NCBI RefSeq assembly: GCF_008831285.2
Contig: NC_045138.2
Span: 16,678,001 to 16,742,000 of the forward strand
DNA length: 64,000 bases
Source: Nymphaea colorata
Lineage: Eukaryota
Reading direction: 5' to 3'
Shown: piece by piece, positions 39,283 through 55,400 of the stretch
How the letters are laid out: each line of letters starts with the position of its first letter
Position numbering within the stretch: position 1 is the first letter of the stretch
Translations under genes and position numbers: made by a program
Notes under the pieces: generated by a model
The model's input: only the letters and a program-made list of their open reading frames with translations
The model's database searches: none
What the model was told of the DNA's origin: nothing

Positions 39283-39458
39283 CAGTGGCGGAGCTACATG
39301 ATGACCGTTGTGGGCAGTTGCCCCACACGAGTCTCTTAAAAGTTTTTTATTTTTAACTGAGCATTTTAAACATTTATCCTTAAATATATATAAATGCCCC
39401 ACCATGTGACTATTTTTAAACGAGCACCCCTCCAACCAATTTTTCTGGCTCCGCCACT
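39283..39458. mobile_element. Short MITE with CAGTGGCGGAGC TIR (hAT-like end)
   Basis: TIRs cagtggcggagc / gctccgccact; inserted in a TG-rich tract so the TSD is ambiguous. Confidence 0.7.
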
Positions 39459-39484
39459 TTTTGTGTGCGTGTGTGTGTTAGGTT

Positions 39485-39678
39485 GGGGGGCGGAGGACAC
39501 TATCGAAGCTAGAAACTTTTTTTGGAGGGGCACTAATTCACATATTTTTATATTTGAAGGAGCACTTATATATATATAACAAAGTAAATATTAAAAGACC
39601 TTAATATAAAAACCAAAGAAAGTTGAGGGGCAGGTGTGGGCAGTTGCCCACACCAGTCTATATGTGGCTCTGCCGCTG
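39485..39678. mobile_element. Adjacent copy of the same MITE family in opposite orientation
   Basis: gggcagttgcccacaccag...atgtggctctgccgctg end is the inverse of the left end of the neighbouring copy. Confidence 0.55.
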
Positions 39679-40226
39679 GCGGGGGAGGTGTGCTGGAAAT
39701 GGGCAAAGTTAACTATCAGATTTGACAGTGATGTTCTCGAGATGTTAAACTCTTGATCTCCAACAACCTGAAGATCTCAACTCCGACTCCATAGCCAAGT
39801 GAACGAGCTTAAGTAGATAGTTGTGCAGTTTATGATAGTTGCTCATATCATTTTGGAAGAATGTCAACTCTAAAAGGCCGTTTGACAATAGTAAAAGTGT
39901 TGTTATTTCCATGTATCTCTTCAAAAAATGAGGCAGATTCATTGAACAAACATCATTAACCTCCTCTTCACCTTTTTTTTTTTTTTTTACTTTTATAATT
40001 GACAAAGTTACCAAGTTATTAGCCGTCAAGATCCAGCTTCTTATGTAGAATTTGTCAAAATCTATAAGAATTTAGAGTGCTAGAATCGTTTATGGCTCTG
40101 GATTAGAAGTTTGTTTATTACATGCAAAGAGAAGCGAAATATTGGTCAAAAGCTTGTTATTAATATTTCAGCTTCATCATTAATATCAACAATTTCCATC
40201 CTTTTAATCTTCCTACTTGTCACTGA

Positions 40227-43284
<3,058 letters not shown>

Positions 43285-44791
43285 ACTAACAATTTGTTAA
43301 TTTGATCCGTTCTACAGCTGAAGAGAAAGTGAAAAGAGATACAAGGAGAAGGATCAACAGTGGCAGTTCAAAGGACGATATCTTTGCAACTGGCTAAGGG
43401 AAGAAGAAGGCAAAAACCAACAATTCTTTACCTCTTCTAACTTGATACAAAAAAGCTACTTGGTAGTGTCTAGAAGAGCTAGAAATCCTGATTTTTGAGT
43501 GTGAGGAGGAGGAGAGGAAGTGAGTAGAGCTGAGCGATGGCTGCCATTGAAGGGGAGGGCCATATAAAGGGGTGAAGGGAATCATGGAATGTTCTAATCT
43601 TCCATGGGAAGAAGGTGGCAGGCTTTTTCGCATTTCATTTTGTTACAAGATGCTCTTTGCCTTTCCGACATGTCTTTTTCTCGCAAAAATGTTTGACATT
43701 TTGTTCTACATATATTAAAAAGAGATTAAGCCCGGGATTTGTTTTGGATTAAGCCCGAATTTCGGATTAATCCCGGACAAACAGAAGGGATCAGTCAAAG
43801 AGGCAACTAGCACAAAACATTCTCTGGTGTGAGTATCATCTCTAAGAATGTTTTTTTTCTTATCTTTCTTTTATGTCTCATTTTATCTTAAATTTTTTAA
43901 AAATGTCAATGTTTGGAACGCCATCAAGATGACACAGTGGTGGAGCCAGAAACTTTAATTGGTTGGATTAATAAGGGTAAACAATGGAATTTCATTCTCT
44001 AAGGGGTCATTTGCAATAGGGTCACTTTATAATTGTCCCACAAATTTACCTCAAAAATTGGCCCAGTTTCATGAAACACTAGAGTTATTATTTCATAAAT
44101 CTGTTCAAATTTTTAGGGCAAATTCATGAAACATTCATATAGTGTTTTTCCTGTCAAACTATCTATAAAGAGCTATTTGACACCTACGACAAATTGTAAC
44201 TATCTAATGATTCTGCTCCAACATTTGGATTAGATTTATGAAACCATGAAACTATGTTTCAAGATTCTGCCCCAATTTTTAAGTCAGTTTCACTAGACAA
44301 CAACAATTTTGTTACTGGTACCAAACGGTCTTTAGAAAATCGTTTGGCAGTTCAACAGTATGAGTGTTTTATGAATCTACCTTAAAGATTGAGACAAATC
44401 CATAAAATACTAGAAGGTACCCATAAATCTGCCCAAACTTTAGGACAAAGTTATAGAACACTCATAAATTGTTCCATTTGATTAACAACTTGGAATAGAA
44501 GAGAGACAAGTGGAACAAGTTATATGTTAACGGTCTTAGTTTGCCAACTTATTTCACTAATGCAGCTAAATTGGTTGGGAATCGGGCAATAAGATTAAAA
44601 AATCATTCCTACAAACGTAAATGGAAAAAAGTGTAAAATCTAATTACAAAATATTGTTTTTAAAATATTTTAGAAGAATATTCATAAGTTGACACTTGAT
44701 GTTCTTGAATTTGACACTGAATTGAATGGGCTTGCCACCAAATTCGGGTTTATTCTTCATCTTAATATCTGGTTCAAAGAAGATATTCAAT

Positions 44792-44863
44792 CTTATTTCT
44801 GTTTATGTATGTGCTTCAAATATTTCACTTATTTCGATTTATGTATTTGCTTCAAATATTTTG
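44792..44863. repeat. 36-bp tandem duplication
   Basis: cttatttc..tttatgtat.tgcttcaaatattt occurs twice. Confidence 0.85.
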
Positions 44864-45532
44864 CCTTGGTTAGTCTATTGATGTGTTTAACCTAATTGAC
44901 TTCCTTTTTTTCCAATCAACATGGGATGGTTGCTAGGTATTCAATTTTTATCCTTCTTTGCGTCATCAGCTCAGCCGGGTTCTTTACTGCGACCGGTGCA
45001 TTCTATGGGTTTCAAATGGTACCATCGTAGCTCTGGACCTTATAGACAAGAAAAGTGAGAGAAATTTCATCTCTCACTTGAGCGGTGGAATACTCTTCTT
45101 ACTCACCTAAAAATCATATTGTTTCATTGACAAAAAGACCAATGCTGAACATAACTCTTGCATATCAGAAAAGTAGTATTTTCTTTGATGAGTGTTGGGC
45201 ATAGGGTCGTTTGACAATAGAAATGGTAATAAACTCTTTCATGTCATGGAATATTATATTAAGTGTTCCATGAATGTACTTTATCTTTAATATACTTACG
45301 TGTAATAGTTTATTATTATTCTCATTATCAAATGCCCTCATAGAAATGTAAACAGTTTGGACTCCCAGACCAAACTGAGAGCTTTCACAGACCAGTTTAG
45401 TCTCATATAATTGGAAACATGAACCTGCCATAATTCTTATAATCTGCCTACAATTTGAATAAGATGCAACATTCATATGTAACTCCTGTAGTTGAACTCG
45501 AACTCATTGGCATACCAAATCCTACTTGCGAT

Positions 45533-45958
45533 TAGGGATGTCAACGGATCGGATTCAGATCAGATACATCTTTAATCATATCCGCTTTTTCGGATATTCA
45601 TATATTCGGATTCTGATTCTGATTCGAATTCGAATAAATCAAAGTCATATCCGAAATCCGATTTTACAATCCGAATCCGATTCGAATCTGATTTTTATAT
45701 TTATATCCGAATCCGAATTTTGAACCGGATTTTGCCATTTTCTAAGTATTAGATAGAGGATATTTGTCTAAAACTGAATCAGATCCGAATCCGATCCGAT
45801 ATTCATGTATATCCGAATCCGAATCCGATCGGATGTCATTTATTAAATCGGAATCCGATCCAATTTCTTAATCGGATATTAAATTTTTATCCATATTCGA
45901 TTTTTTCAGATCGGATCGGTCGGATATCCTATTCAAATCGGATATATTGACATCCCTA
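45533..45958. mobile_element. hAT (Ac/Ds-like) non-autonomous MITE
   Basis: Perfect 12-bp TIRs tagggatgtcaa / ttgacatcccta (Ac-like TAGGGATG), 8-bp TSD cttgcgat / cttgcgac (7/8), many atccga/tcggat subterminal repeats. Confidence 0.9.
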
Positions 45959-46634
45959 CTTGCGACCAATAGTTGGATCCTGTTTTCTTTATGAAAATCA
46001 AATAAGCACGTTTTAATTTTTGTTGACAATTGGATAAATCCAATTCATTAACAAACAATTAAGCAGAGTTTGTGGCCATATGAAGTGTTGAATTTTAATT
46101 GACCTTTTTCAACTTACAGATCTTGTGTTCAAAGACTTGTAGCTTTGATAATATTTTTGTAAACATTATGACAAGATTGTTTCCCCACTTAAGAAACATT
46201 TTTGATGGTTGTGTTATCCAACTCTAATCATGTCACATCTTCAAAAGGTCTTGCTATAATGTGAAAAGAAAAGTATCTTTTTTAATATAAATATTACATT
46301 ACATATGTAAGTAGTATGAATTAAGCACAAATCGAAAAGCAACGGTAGGAAAAAAATTTAAGTGTAAAGTTCAACAGCTAGAATCATGTCCCAACTTTCC
46401 TATTCTTATATATATATATATATATATATAACTTGATAGTTATTAGCGTTTTGGCTTGTTTGATTAAATGAAATGTGATTGTGACAACCCAACCTACTTA
46501 TAAGTTAAATTTGAGTTTCCAGTTTAATAGATTTCCATTAGGATTGCGTATCGGGTCGAATGAGCAGATAAGAAGTTCGGCCCAGGCTGCACGGCCTGAT
46601 TATAATATATTATATATAAAAATATAATTAACAT

Positions 46635-46683
46635 ATAAATATAATAAATGGTTATATTATATATAACCATTTATTATATTTAT
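46635..46683. repeat. Perfect AT-rich inverted repeat with 23-bp arms and a 3-nt spacer
   Basis: ataaatataataaatggttatat-tat-atataaccatttattatatttat. Confidence 0.92.
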
Positions 46684-49297
46684 TTATTAGGCACCCAAAT
46701 TTACAAGTCTTTTGATTAAACTTTATCGTATACCACTAAACTAAATGCATTTTCCAAAGCACGATTCATATATGGATTTTGAGCATCAAACCCGTTAACG
46801 ATTATATTAAAAAAAACCCTACATGTTGACTTAATGTTGTTAGAAACGTACAACGACGCGAAACATTTATATTTATAAAGCTAAGGCTTGAAGAGACATA
46901 AGTTTCAAGTTATTATTGCATAAATTACGTAAACAGAACAGCAAATATAAAGTAAGCAGCATCAAAGGTTTGTAAAATGCGACAAGTGGGAAGTAATGGC
47001 CGGTTTATATAACAAGCAAAGCATCGTTCCCACTTGATTTCTTAATAAAGCGACATTAATTGATTTCAAGAGTCGCCGTGCTTACGTGAAGCCAAGGCAG
47101 GCGGGCGCTCAGGAGCGAAGCTGATGAGGTCGAATTAATTTTTTGTAAGGAGGTCGAATTAAAGTTTTTAAATTTTGACAAGATTAAAATATTATTTTTT
47201 TAAATTTTTATATATAAAATAAATAATATTTTTTAAAATTTAGATGTGTGTTTTTTTTAAAAAAAAATTGAAGTAGTTTTGTCATCAACCATTGTGTGAT
47301 ATATTCACAAAATATTATCATAAGGTAAAAAGAATAGTTTTTATTGCAAAAAAAAAAAAGTCCAATGACGTATAAAAAAATTAATAACACAAAAATACAA
47401 CAAAATACAAAGATTTAAACTTTTTCTACAGTTTTTTGCACGTGAATGCTCCTTAAATAGATCTCGATAGGCACAAGGGGACAAGATATTTTAGTAAGAA
47501 AAGAAAGAAGGAAAGTATCTTGAAGTAGGGACGTAAATGTAAATGGGCATAAAAATCTAGTGAACTTGAATTGGTGTAGTCAAATTTGATAAAGAATTTT
47601 AGGCATCATATTAATTGGTCCGATTTGATATGCCCCTTAGATTTAAACATGATATCGGGCTCAAATCTAACACAGGTTGGACCCAATAACATATAAAAAA
47701 AATTGGATCTTATGCTAGTCAAATTTGAAATTACTTTCACAAAGATCCAAATCATAATTGGTTACATAAGCTTTGACTCAGATCGAGTCCAATTGACAAC
47801 GAACCATGTAAAGCATGAGTCTGCTCCATGGATACGGATCCAAGAGGGCAGGACTTGGATCCAGTTAGGCTGGCAGCCCTTGACCGAGTCAAAGATGATC
47901 TTCCAGACGATGAGGAAAAGGAGAAACGTGAGACGAAAGTGGTAGGAGAAACCGGGTTCGCCCACGGTCCCACTCTGGGTTCGCCCACCGGTTACCCTTG
48001 GTCAACTCAGTGAGGGTTGACTTCATTACAGTGAGAACATTTCCAGTAATAGCCTTTCCATTTTTTTATTTTCCAAAAAATCCCTTCAGAGTAAATCGTC
48101 TTTTAACTTGAGGATTTGAGAGCCGGTCTCCCTCCTCTTCACCTTAATCAAATCTTAAATCCAAGTTTCGGATAGGAAGTTTAAGTTGCCTTTCATAGTT
48201 TTGGATCTTAGATTTGAAGTTGCATTAAAAAAATGTGTTTTAAAATAAAATCTCAATAACATGTATCTAAAATTCACTTTATATGTTAAAAATCATGAAT
48301 TTAAAATCGGATGAAGAAGATGGGTCAGAGCTCGGAGGCTATTATACACACACTTATAATATCCTGACTGATTTAAAGTGTCATAAGTCTGAATTGAACT
48401 CAATTATTTAAACAATTTCTGGACAGGCATGAAGCAAATTTTTAGATCCAGAAGATGAAGAAGAATGCCAGGTTATAGATCCACGGACGAGAGATTTCGG
48501 ATCTTAATTTATTACAATAAAACCAACTTTTAAGTGGGTAATGAATTGAAAAAAAGTTGAAATTTCTTTGCATATAGATTTCAAAAAATAAAAGATTATA
48601 AAAAGTTGATTTTATATTTAGCTCTTAGATGTTAAGTTTTAACACAGATTTTCGTTGGTTAATATCATTGACCAAAACCGCGGCATTCTCCGGCGAGGGT
48701 ATTACTGTCAAACAATAAAGTCAAGGCTCAAAAATGTCTAATTTGCCGCGGACGATGCCTCTTCAGTCGCCGACCGACCTCTGTTCTGCAGGAACCGGAA
48801 ATTCCCAGAAGGAGCGCCATTTTTTCTTTCCGGCTGAAGCCGTGTTTCTCTTTCCATTGCTGGGCACGTCCTCTTTTCTTCTCCTCAACAGCAACTGTGC
48901 AGCATCTCAACATCGTCCTCACCTCCTTCTTTATTCTCTACAGCAGACAGAGGAAGGTGATTCTGACAGGTATGTGCCTCCTACCTCTCTCTCTCTCTCT
49001 CTCTCTCTCTGTGTTCCTCACTCTCGTTCACCCTGCGTATGTGCCCCCTTCCATAGCAGAGCAACACCAGATGTACGCTCTCTTCTCACTGCCTAGCATT
49101 CCTTTTGCTTGTTTATGTTTTCATTTCTTTTCCCCTCTTTGCTTGGCTGCGTATCGGGTTCTTCCAAATGTGATCGGCGTTACCATCTGCCATGGCTGCG
49201 AGAGGAAGGAGACAGAGTATAATCACGTAGAAACGAAAAACCAGAAGGGGGGGGGGGATTTCTGAATTCTGATTTCCACATCGAAAGAGGGAGAGAA

Positions 49298-49301
<4 letters not shown>

Positions 49302-49346
<45 letters not shown>
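49302..49346. repeat. (GA)~22 microsatellite upstream of ERO1
   Basis: Directly visible; a complementary (CT)~12 tract lies at 48985-49010. Confidence 0.97.
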
Positions 49347-49353
<7 letters not shown>

Positions 49354-49489
49354 AAGCCAGCAATCTCTAAACTCTGAAACCGGCCCCGCACACGGATCCC
49401 ACACCTACTTCTTCTTTCCTTACTAACAGGAACTGCAGTAGCTATTTTCTCATTCCACGATTTCTGTAGTTTCTTCTATTGTCTTGGTG

Positions 49490-52400
49490 ATGGCGGAGGC
49501 AAGAACAGAGGGCGGCGGGGGAGACATGAGGCAGAGGAGGAGATGGAGTTGGCTTGTTGGGGCGTTCATTGCTGTGTTTCTTGCGGGTGTCGTCGCCTCC
49601 GGTAACGCTCCCAAGTTCTCTCTCTTTGGTCGCTTGAGCGAGAATTGCGGTTGCCCGGTACGCCTTTCTTGATACAGATTCTTCTTCTTCTTGTTTTTGT
49701 CGGTTTTCTTTGACGTGATTGCAATTCGTTCTGATCCTAGCTCTGGTTTTGGAGTTTCTGTTGAATTAGACCGACTGCCCTGTTATCAGGGTCGGGCAGT
49801 CACAGAGTCGTGGGAGGGAGAGAATGGGGCTTTGTCTTTTTTACTTTGAGCCTTTCGATCATGTAATCCTTCTTGTCCTTATTACATCTGTTACCACCTT
49901 CACACCCGCAATTCCCTCTTCACAACTTGATCTGTGACTCTTCGTGATGGGGGTTAACTGGAGGACTTTGAACTGTGAAGCAAGTGTAAGTTCGGAGAGT
50001 GATGGAGTATGTGTTCCCCTGCTAGTACATGTTCCTACTTTTTCTGTTTTAAAAAAATCGTTGCTCATTTGACTAGCGGAGTTATTATTTGGGTTTCCCG
50101 TTGAGAATAATGTGAGGTTTGGAGAGGAACACAACAATCTGGAAAAAGAAAAGGGGTTCTGGACTTGATAAACTTGTGGCTTATAGTTTCTTCTAACTCG
50201 TGGAGGAGTTATGACAAACTATCATAAGTGAAAGTTGGCTTTCGCTTTTACTTGATTTGTCTTTTTCCAAAAATTTTCACTAGTTGGGATTTGAAAACAC
50301 TGTGTATTCGTATATTATTTCTTTTCATGAAAAAGAGCCAGTCTTGGAGAACAGAGTATCTTGAAAGCTGACTGAAATAAGAAGCAAAATATTATAAGAA
50401 TAATATTGGGGGCATTAACAATCTTCTCCAACGGGGAATACAAAATGGTAGTAAAGATTAAGTTAAATTGGTAAAGCTTAGCATGTTTCATTTAAATCTT
50501 GATGAAGTATGAGTGATCAATGTAGATGAAGGGAAAACCAGGTAAATCCATATGTATTTGATTTAATAGAAAAGAAGAGAAATCTGACTGCCTTTGTTAA
50601 GACGAATCTAAAAGCAGAAACAAGCAAGCGAGTAGGACATTATTAAATCCTAAAAATTTTATCCAATGGTTTCCAAAACATAAGAACTTATTTAAGACGT
50701 TCCAAAAGGCTGCTGTTGGTAAACACATGGATAGATATAGATAATGCGATATAGGAGGTGAACTGCAAACTGATTTTCTTTCTTCTTCTTCTTCTTCTTT
50801 TTTTGTTGACATTGGCTTCTGAAGCTAGTTGGAATCTTGGAGTGAATTCTATGTGGACTTAATAGAATTGATTGGTCAATTTGTATTTTCAATGGTGCAG
50901 AATGCTCGTAAATATACTGGGATGGTGGAGGATTGTTGTTGTGATTATGAGACTGTTGACACACTTAACTCAGAAGTATTGCATCCTATCCTCCAAGAGC
51001 TTGTGAAGACACCATTCTTCCGATATTTCAAGGTTTGATAAAATTTTTTAGGTTATCTAAGTGCAAGTTTATTCATATGCATGATATTGATGAACTTTAT
51101 ACTGCCACTAAGTAAAAAAAAAATCTTCTGTAAGGATCTATTTCTCCATTTTTGTGTGTGTTTCTTTTTTTTTGTTATGTTTTATGTTTTTTTTTTTCTT
51201 TTTTCCCCTTCAAAAGAGGGGTTGGGGCTGGTATTCATGTTGCTTTCCTCTCAAAAGATTTCTCTATTATGCTTCAAAAAATTGGAATATGGCAAATATC
51301 AAACTCATATAGATGAGGTCTTCCTGGCGCTTGATGCTGCAGACAAGTTGGACATGGGCTGTTTGATTGGAGCCAGTTGTTGTGGCATTTTAGGTGATTA
51401 TTAAACTGTGGACTGTTGCTTTTTCGGGATCTTAAAGCCTACGTACGTATGGTTGCTGAACATTCCATGTTGTGATCATTGAAAACTTAAAAAATACTTA
51501 CTCTTATGATCTCAAGGTTGTTAATATGATCGAGATGTCTACACATGTGCACACAGGGCCATCCAATCTAAATTCATTTTAGCAATTTCACTTGTCTAGA
51601 GAATCATTATCTACTGTTATTATATTGTTATTTTTGGAGGCAACCCATGCTCATCCAAAGGTTGTTGTGCTAGAAACCTACTTCTTACGTTTGGATTTCG
51701 AATTTGCTAATTTTTAACTTTGCTGATGTGATCCATTGGCCCATGTAGTTTCCTTTTAGACTTTCAGGACTGCTATGATGGATTTCAAATGCTTAGTACT
51801 GTTTCGCTTTTTATCACACACACTTGAATAAACCCATCCCTTAGGTTAGTGGCAAGCATCTGATCATATTCAAGAGTGTATGCAGAGTCTTGCCTCCTCA
51901 TTGTGTTGTAGGACGTGTCCTTCTTGATTCAGTTATAGGCTAAGTCACATAGGTACTTCAGTAAGGTCCACGTACCCGTGTCGCCGTACCCGTACCCAAA
52001 ATGAGTACTTTGACACTTGGGTACCTATAGATCCAAATTGCTTAATTTTACTTTGATTTAATTTTTACCACCTTACTTTTTATTCTATTCTTTGGATGTG
52101 AAAATTCTATTGATGTTCATATTTGACTAGGGGGCTGCTTGGTTGTCCATATGTTTAAAGTTTTTCATAGGTTTCTTAAACACACTGCTGCAAGAGCTGT
52201 TGATATATATTTTCTATGTTATTTATTTGTTTATGTTGATGTATATTCTTTATTTTGATACATATTTTATAAGTATTTCTTATTGTTTATATATATATAG
52301 CCGTACCCCCGCACTCAAGTTTTTTGAAAATGGTTAGTACCGGTGTCTGCACCGGCACCCGTACCCGTACCCATGTGACATAGGTTATAGGGGCCATGAT

Positions 52401-55400
52401 AGATTTTGTACAGTAGATGTGTTTTGTCTCCAATATATAATTTTTCTCCAGTAATGCCAGAAAAAAAGAGTACAGAGTTTCTGAATGTGAGCTTTCATAC
52501 TTGTCCTTTTGCAGTTGAGTTGATGCAGAAATATTTTCGTTCCCATATTGCATTTTCTTTGTGGGTACAACCATATGTACTTTTTACAGTTTTCCAGTGT
52601 CAGATGTCATCCTGCATCTTTCATGCAAAACTATTATGCTGGTTAATGATTGATGTCCAAAAAGTTTGTAATCATGTTTTTAGAACATAAGTTGTATAAT
52701 CCAACTATTTTGTGAATTCCTTTAGTTATGTGCTATGTTATGTCATATCAAATAGCTTAAAGATGAAATGATTTGTTGGAACACTAGAAAAATAATTTGT
52801 TTAATGTATGGGCACACTAAACAATTATTCATGCACTGTTTTCTGATGCAATATTTGTCACCTTTTTTCAAATATATGTTCCTCTTGGGCTCATGAGAAT
52901 GTAGTGATAAAAATTTTATTAGCAGATTAGAAGAACTGATCCCCATAGAAGGTGATAAATAGGGCTGAATACAAGCCATGACAGGGGCACTCAAATAGGC
53001 TCGCCCCTTAAATGACTTGGCTTGAGCTAAGTTCGAAGTTAAGTAGGGGCGAGATTGGCAAGTTGGCTCAACTGAGCTGAACAAGCCCCAGGATCACCTT
53101 GGTTCAGCTTTGGATAAGCCTGAGTTGAGATGATTTACAAGAATTTTTTTTTTTGTTTCTGAGAACGATGTGCAGCGGGGCTGCATTGACAGGGTATTTT
53201 GAACTTGAAACTTCTTCAACAAAGGAGAGAAAAGCGACTGCTGCACAACAGCTTTGCCTTTCAAAATGTGTGCACAAAAATATGTATATATTAAAATTAA
53301 CAAGCTTAGTTGAACTTATGCGAGTTTGCAAAGTACAGCTCAACGTTGGCTTGTTTTATTGAAGCTTAAAGTATTTGCTCAAACTCAACTCAACTTCAGC
53401 TGAGCTTAAATTGGTGGATCCTGAGCCCAGTTCGGGTTTACTCGATGCCTTGCCCACCCCTAGTGATAAATGATCCCCAAGGGTGCAACAGAAAGCAAGT
53501 ACAAGTACTCAGGATATTCCTTGGTACATCATTATTTGTTAGTGTTACTAGTTATTTATTGTTCTTTTGCTTTTGATAACCCCTCTCTTTTGCTGTGTGA
53601 ACTTTTTGGACAATTCGAAGTCTTTTAAGCTTAGCCTTCTAATGCATTTTCTCCCCTGATTGTAATAGGTGAAGCTGTGGTGTGATTGTCCTTACTGGCC
53701 AGATGATGGGATGTGCCGCCTTCGTGATTGCAGTGTTTGTGAATGCCCAGATAACGAGTTTCCTGAAACATTTAAAGGGTCATTCCAAAGACTTTCTAGA
53801 GAAGATCTCATTTGTCAAGAGGGAAGACCTCAAGCAGCTGTTGACCGAACCCTTGATACCAAAGCATTTAGAGGATGGAAAGAAATTGACAATCCTTGGA
53901 CATATGATGATGAAACTGATAATGGTATTGTTGGTTGCTGTAGATTTGCTTTGAATGGTATGCTAGACAAAAATTTTTCACATGCTACACTTTCTGCAGC
54001 TGAAATGACTTATGTTAATCTACAACTAAATCCTGAACGTTACACTGGCTATTCTGGACCATCTGCAAGAAGGATATGGGATGCTGTGTATAATGATAAT
54101 ATTAAAGGTAACAAAATGATCTTCATTTGCCATGAGAAGCTTCTTTTCTATTGATTTCATGAGTTGTCACTTGGTATTGTTGGATCTTAGTTGTTGAGTG
54201 CCTAGTATCTGAAGTATGATTGGACTTCTTGCATGCAGGCATTGTCTCACTCATTTTATTGTTTTGTATCTTTGTATTAGTGTTTTTTCCTTATTTATGT
54301 TTTTAATATTGAATTGCTTTTGTTTACCCTAGAAATATGGTGCTTTCAATAAATAAATACTGTCTAAAATATTTTTACTCTAATTTGTTTGATTTCAAGC
54401 ATATGCTTTGTGAGATATGTTGCCCTTCCCCATCCAATGCCTACTTTAGTGCCAAATGTGTGCTTCAAATGATGATAAACAGAGGCTGCACTCAAGTTTC
54501 ATCATCATCATGCTAACTTAAACAGACAGAAAAATTAAAGTGCAAAAGAAAATTATGTATAACCAACATCTACAAGCTTCTTCTTTGAAATTTTGACTGA
54601 AAGGAATTATGTATCACTGCAACGAAACAAAGAATCATATTTATTTCACTTCTATTTTCTTGTAAATTGCAACTTATATTCTCACAAAGCGAGGAACCAG
54701 GGTGTGTTGCAGACTCAAGCCTTTAACAAGAGGCTGGATTTTGTCAAGTAGCACATCACTCTCCCTCTCTCTGGCATTATGAATCAGTTCTGTATAAAAA
54801 AATTTCCATAGAAGAACTAGTGATTATGAAAGGAAAGAAAGAAACAACACACCTGCAGGTTTTGTTTGTCTACTGACTGATTTTGTTTTTTGCTCACTTA
54901 CAAAGCATGCAAAAGGCAGACGATTGGAAGAAAACTCATATTCCATTCATAATGATAAGTTCCCGCAGAAGGCAGAGACAGGAACAGTGAGAATGAGAGA
55001 AGAAATCCCAAGATACTCACCATCATCATCGCCATTTTGTATCTCCCCTTTTGAATGCTTAACTTCCAGTAAGGCAGGGCCTCTATATCGAGAGCTCCAT
55101 CTCTGCTGGTCGCACATCTTACATACTGTAAACACTTATTACGTTGCAGTAACACTTTCCCCTTCAATAAGGCCACCCATGAAAAGTCTTATCTGCTTGG
55201 ACACCAGAAAAGAAGGTCGAAACTTACAATTGGAGTGTGTCCCCCACATGTTGCATGTGCCAAATCCTTTTGTGAGTTATTTTGCATATGCACCTGGTTG
55301 CAACTCATAAGTTTGCCTTGGATCAACCAACACAATCCTTTTGGCTCAGGTTTGATGTGTTAGGCCAGTCATGTTTCTTCTTTCTGAATTGTGGAACAAC

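Noticed and set aside
43724..43782. gattaagccc/gattaatccc short repeat cluster upstream of PP2C
   Set aside because: Probably a repeat remnant; too short to assign ends or function.
45533..45958. Dense short repeats that superficially resemble a CRISPR or iteron array
   Set aside because: They are hAT subterminal repeats bounded by TIRs and a TSD, with no unique spacers, in eukaryotic context.
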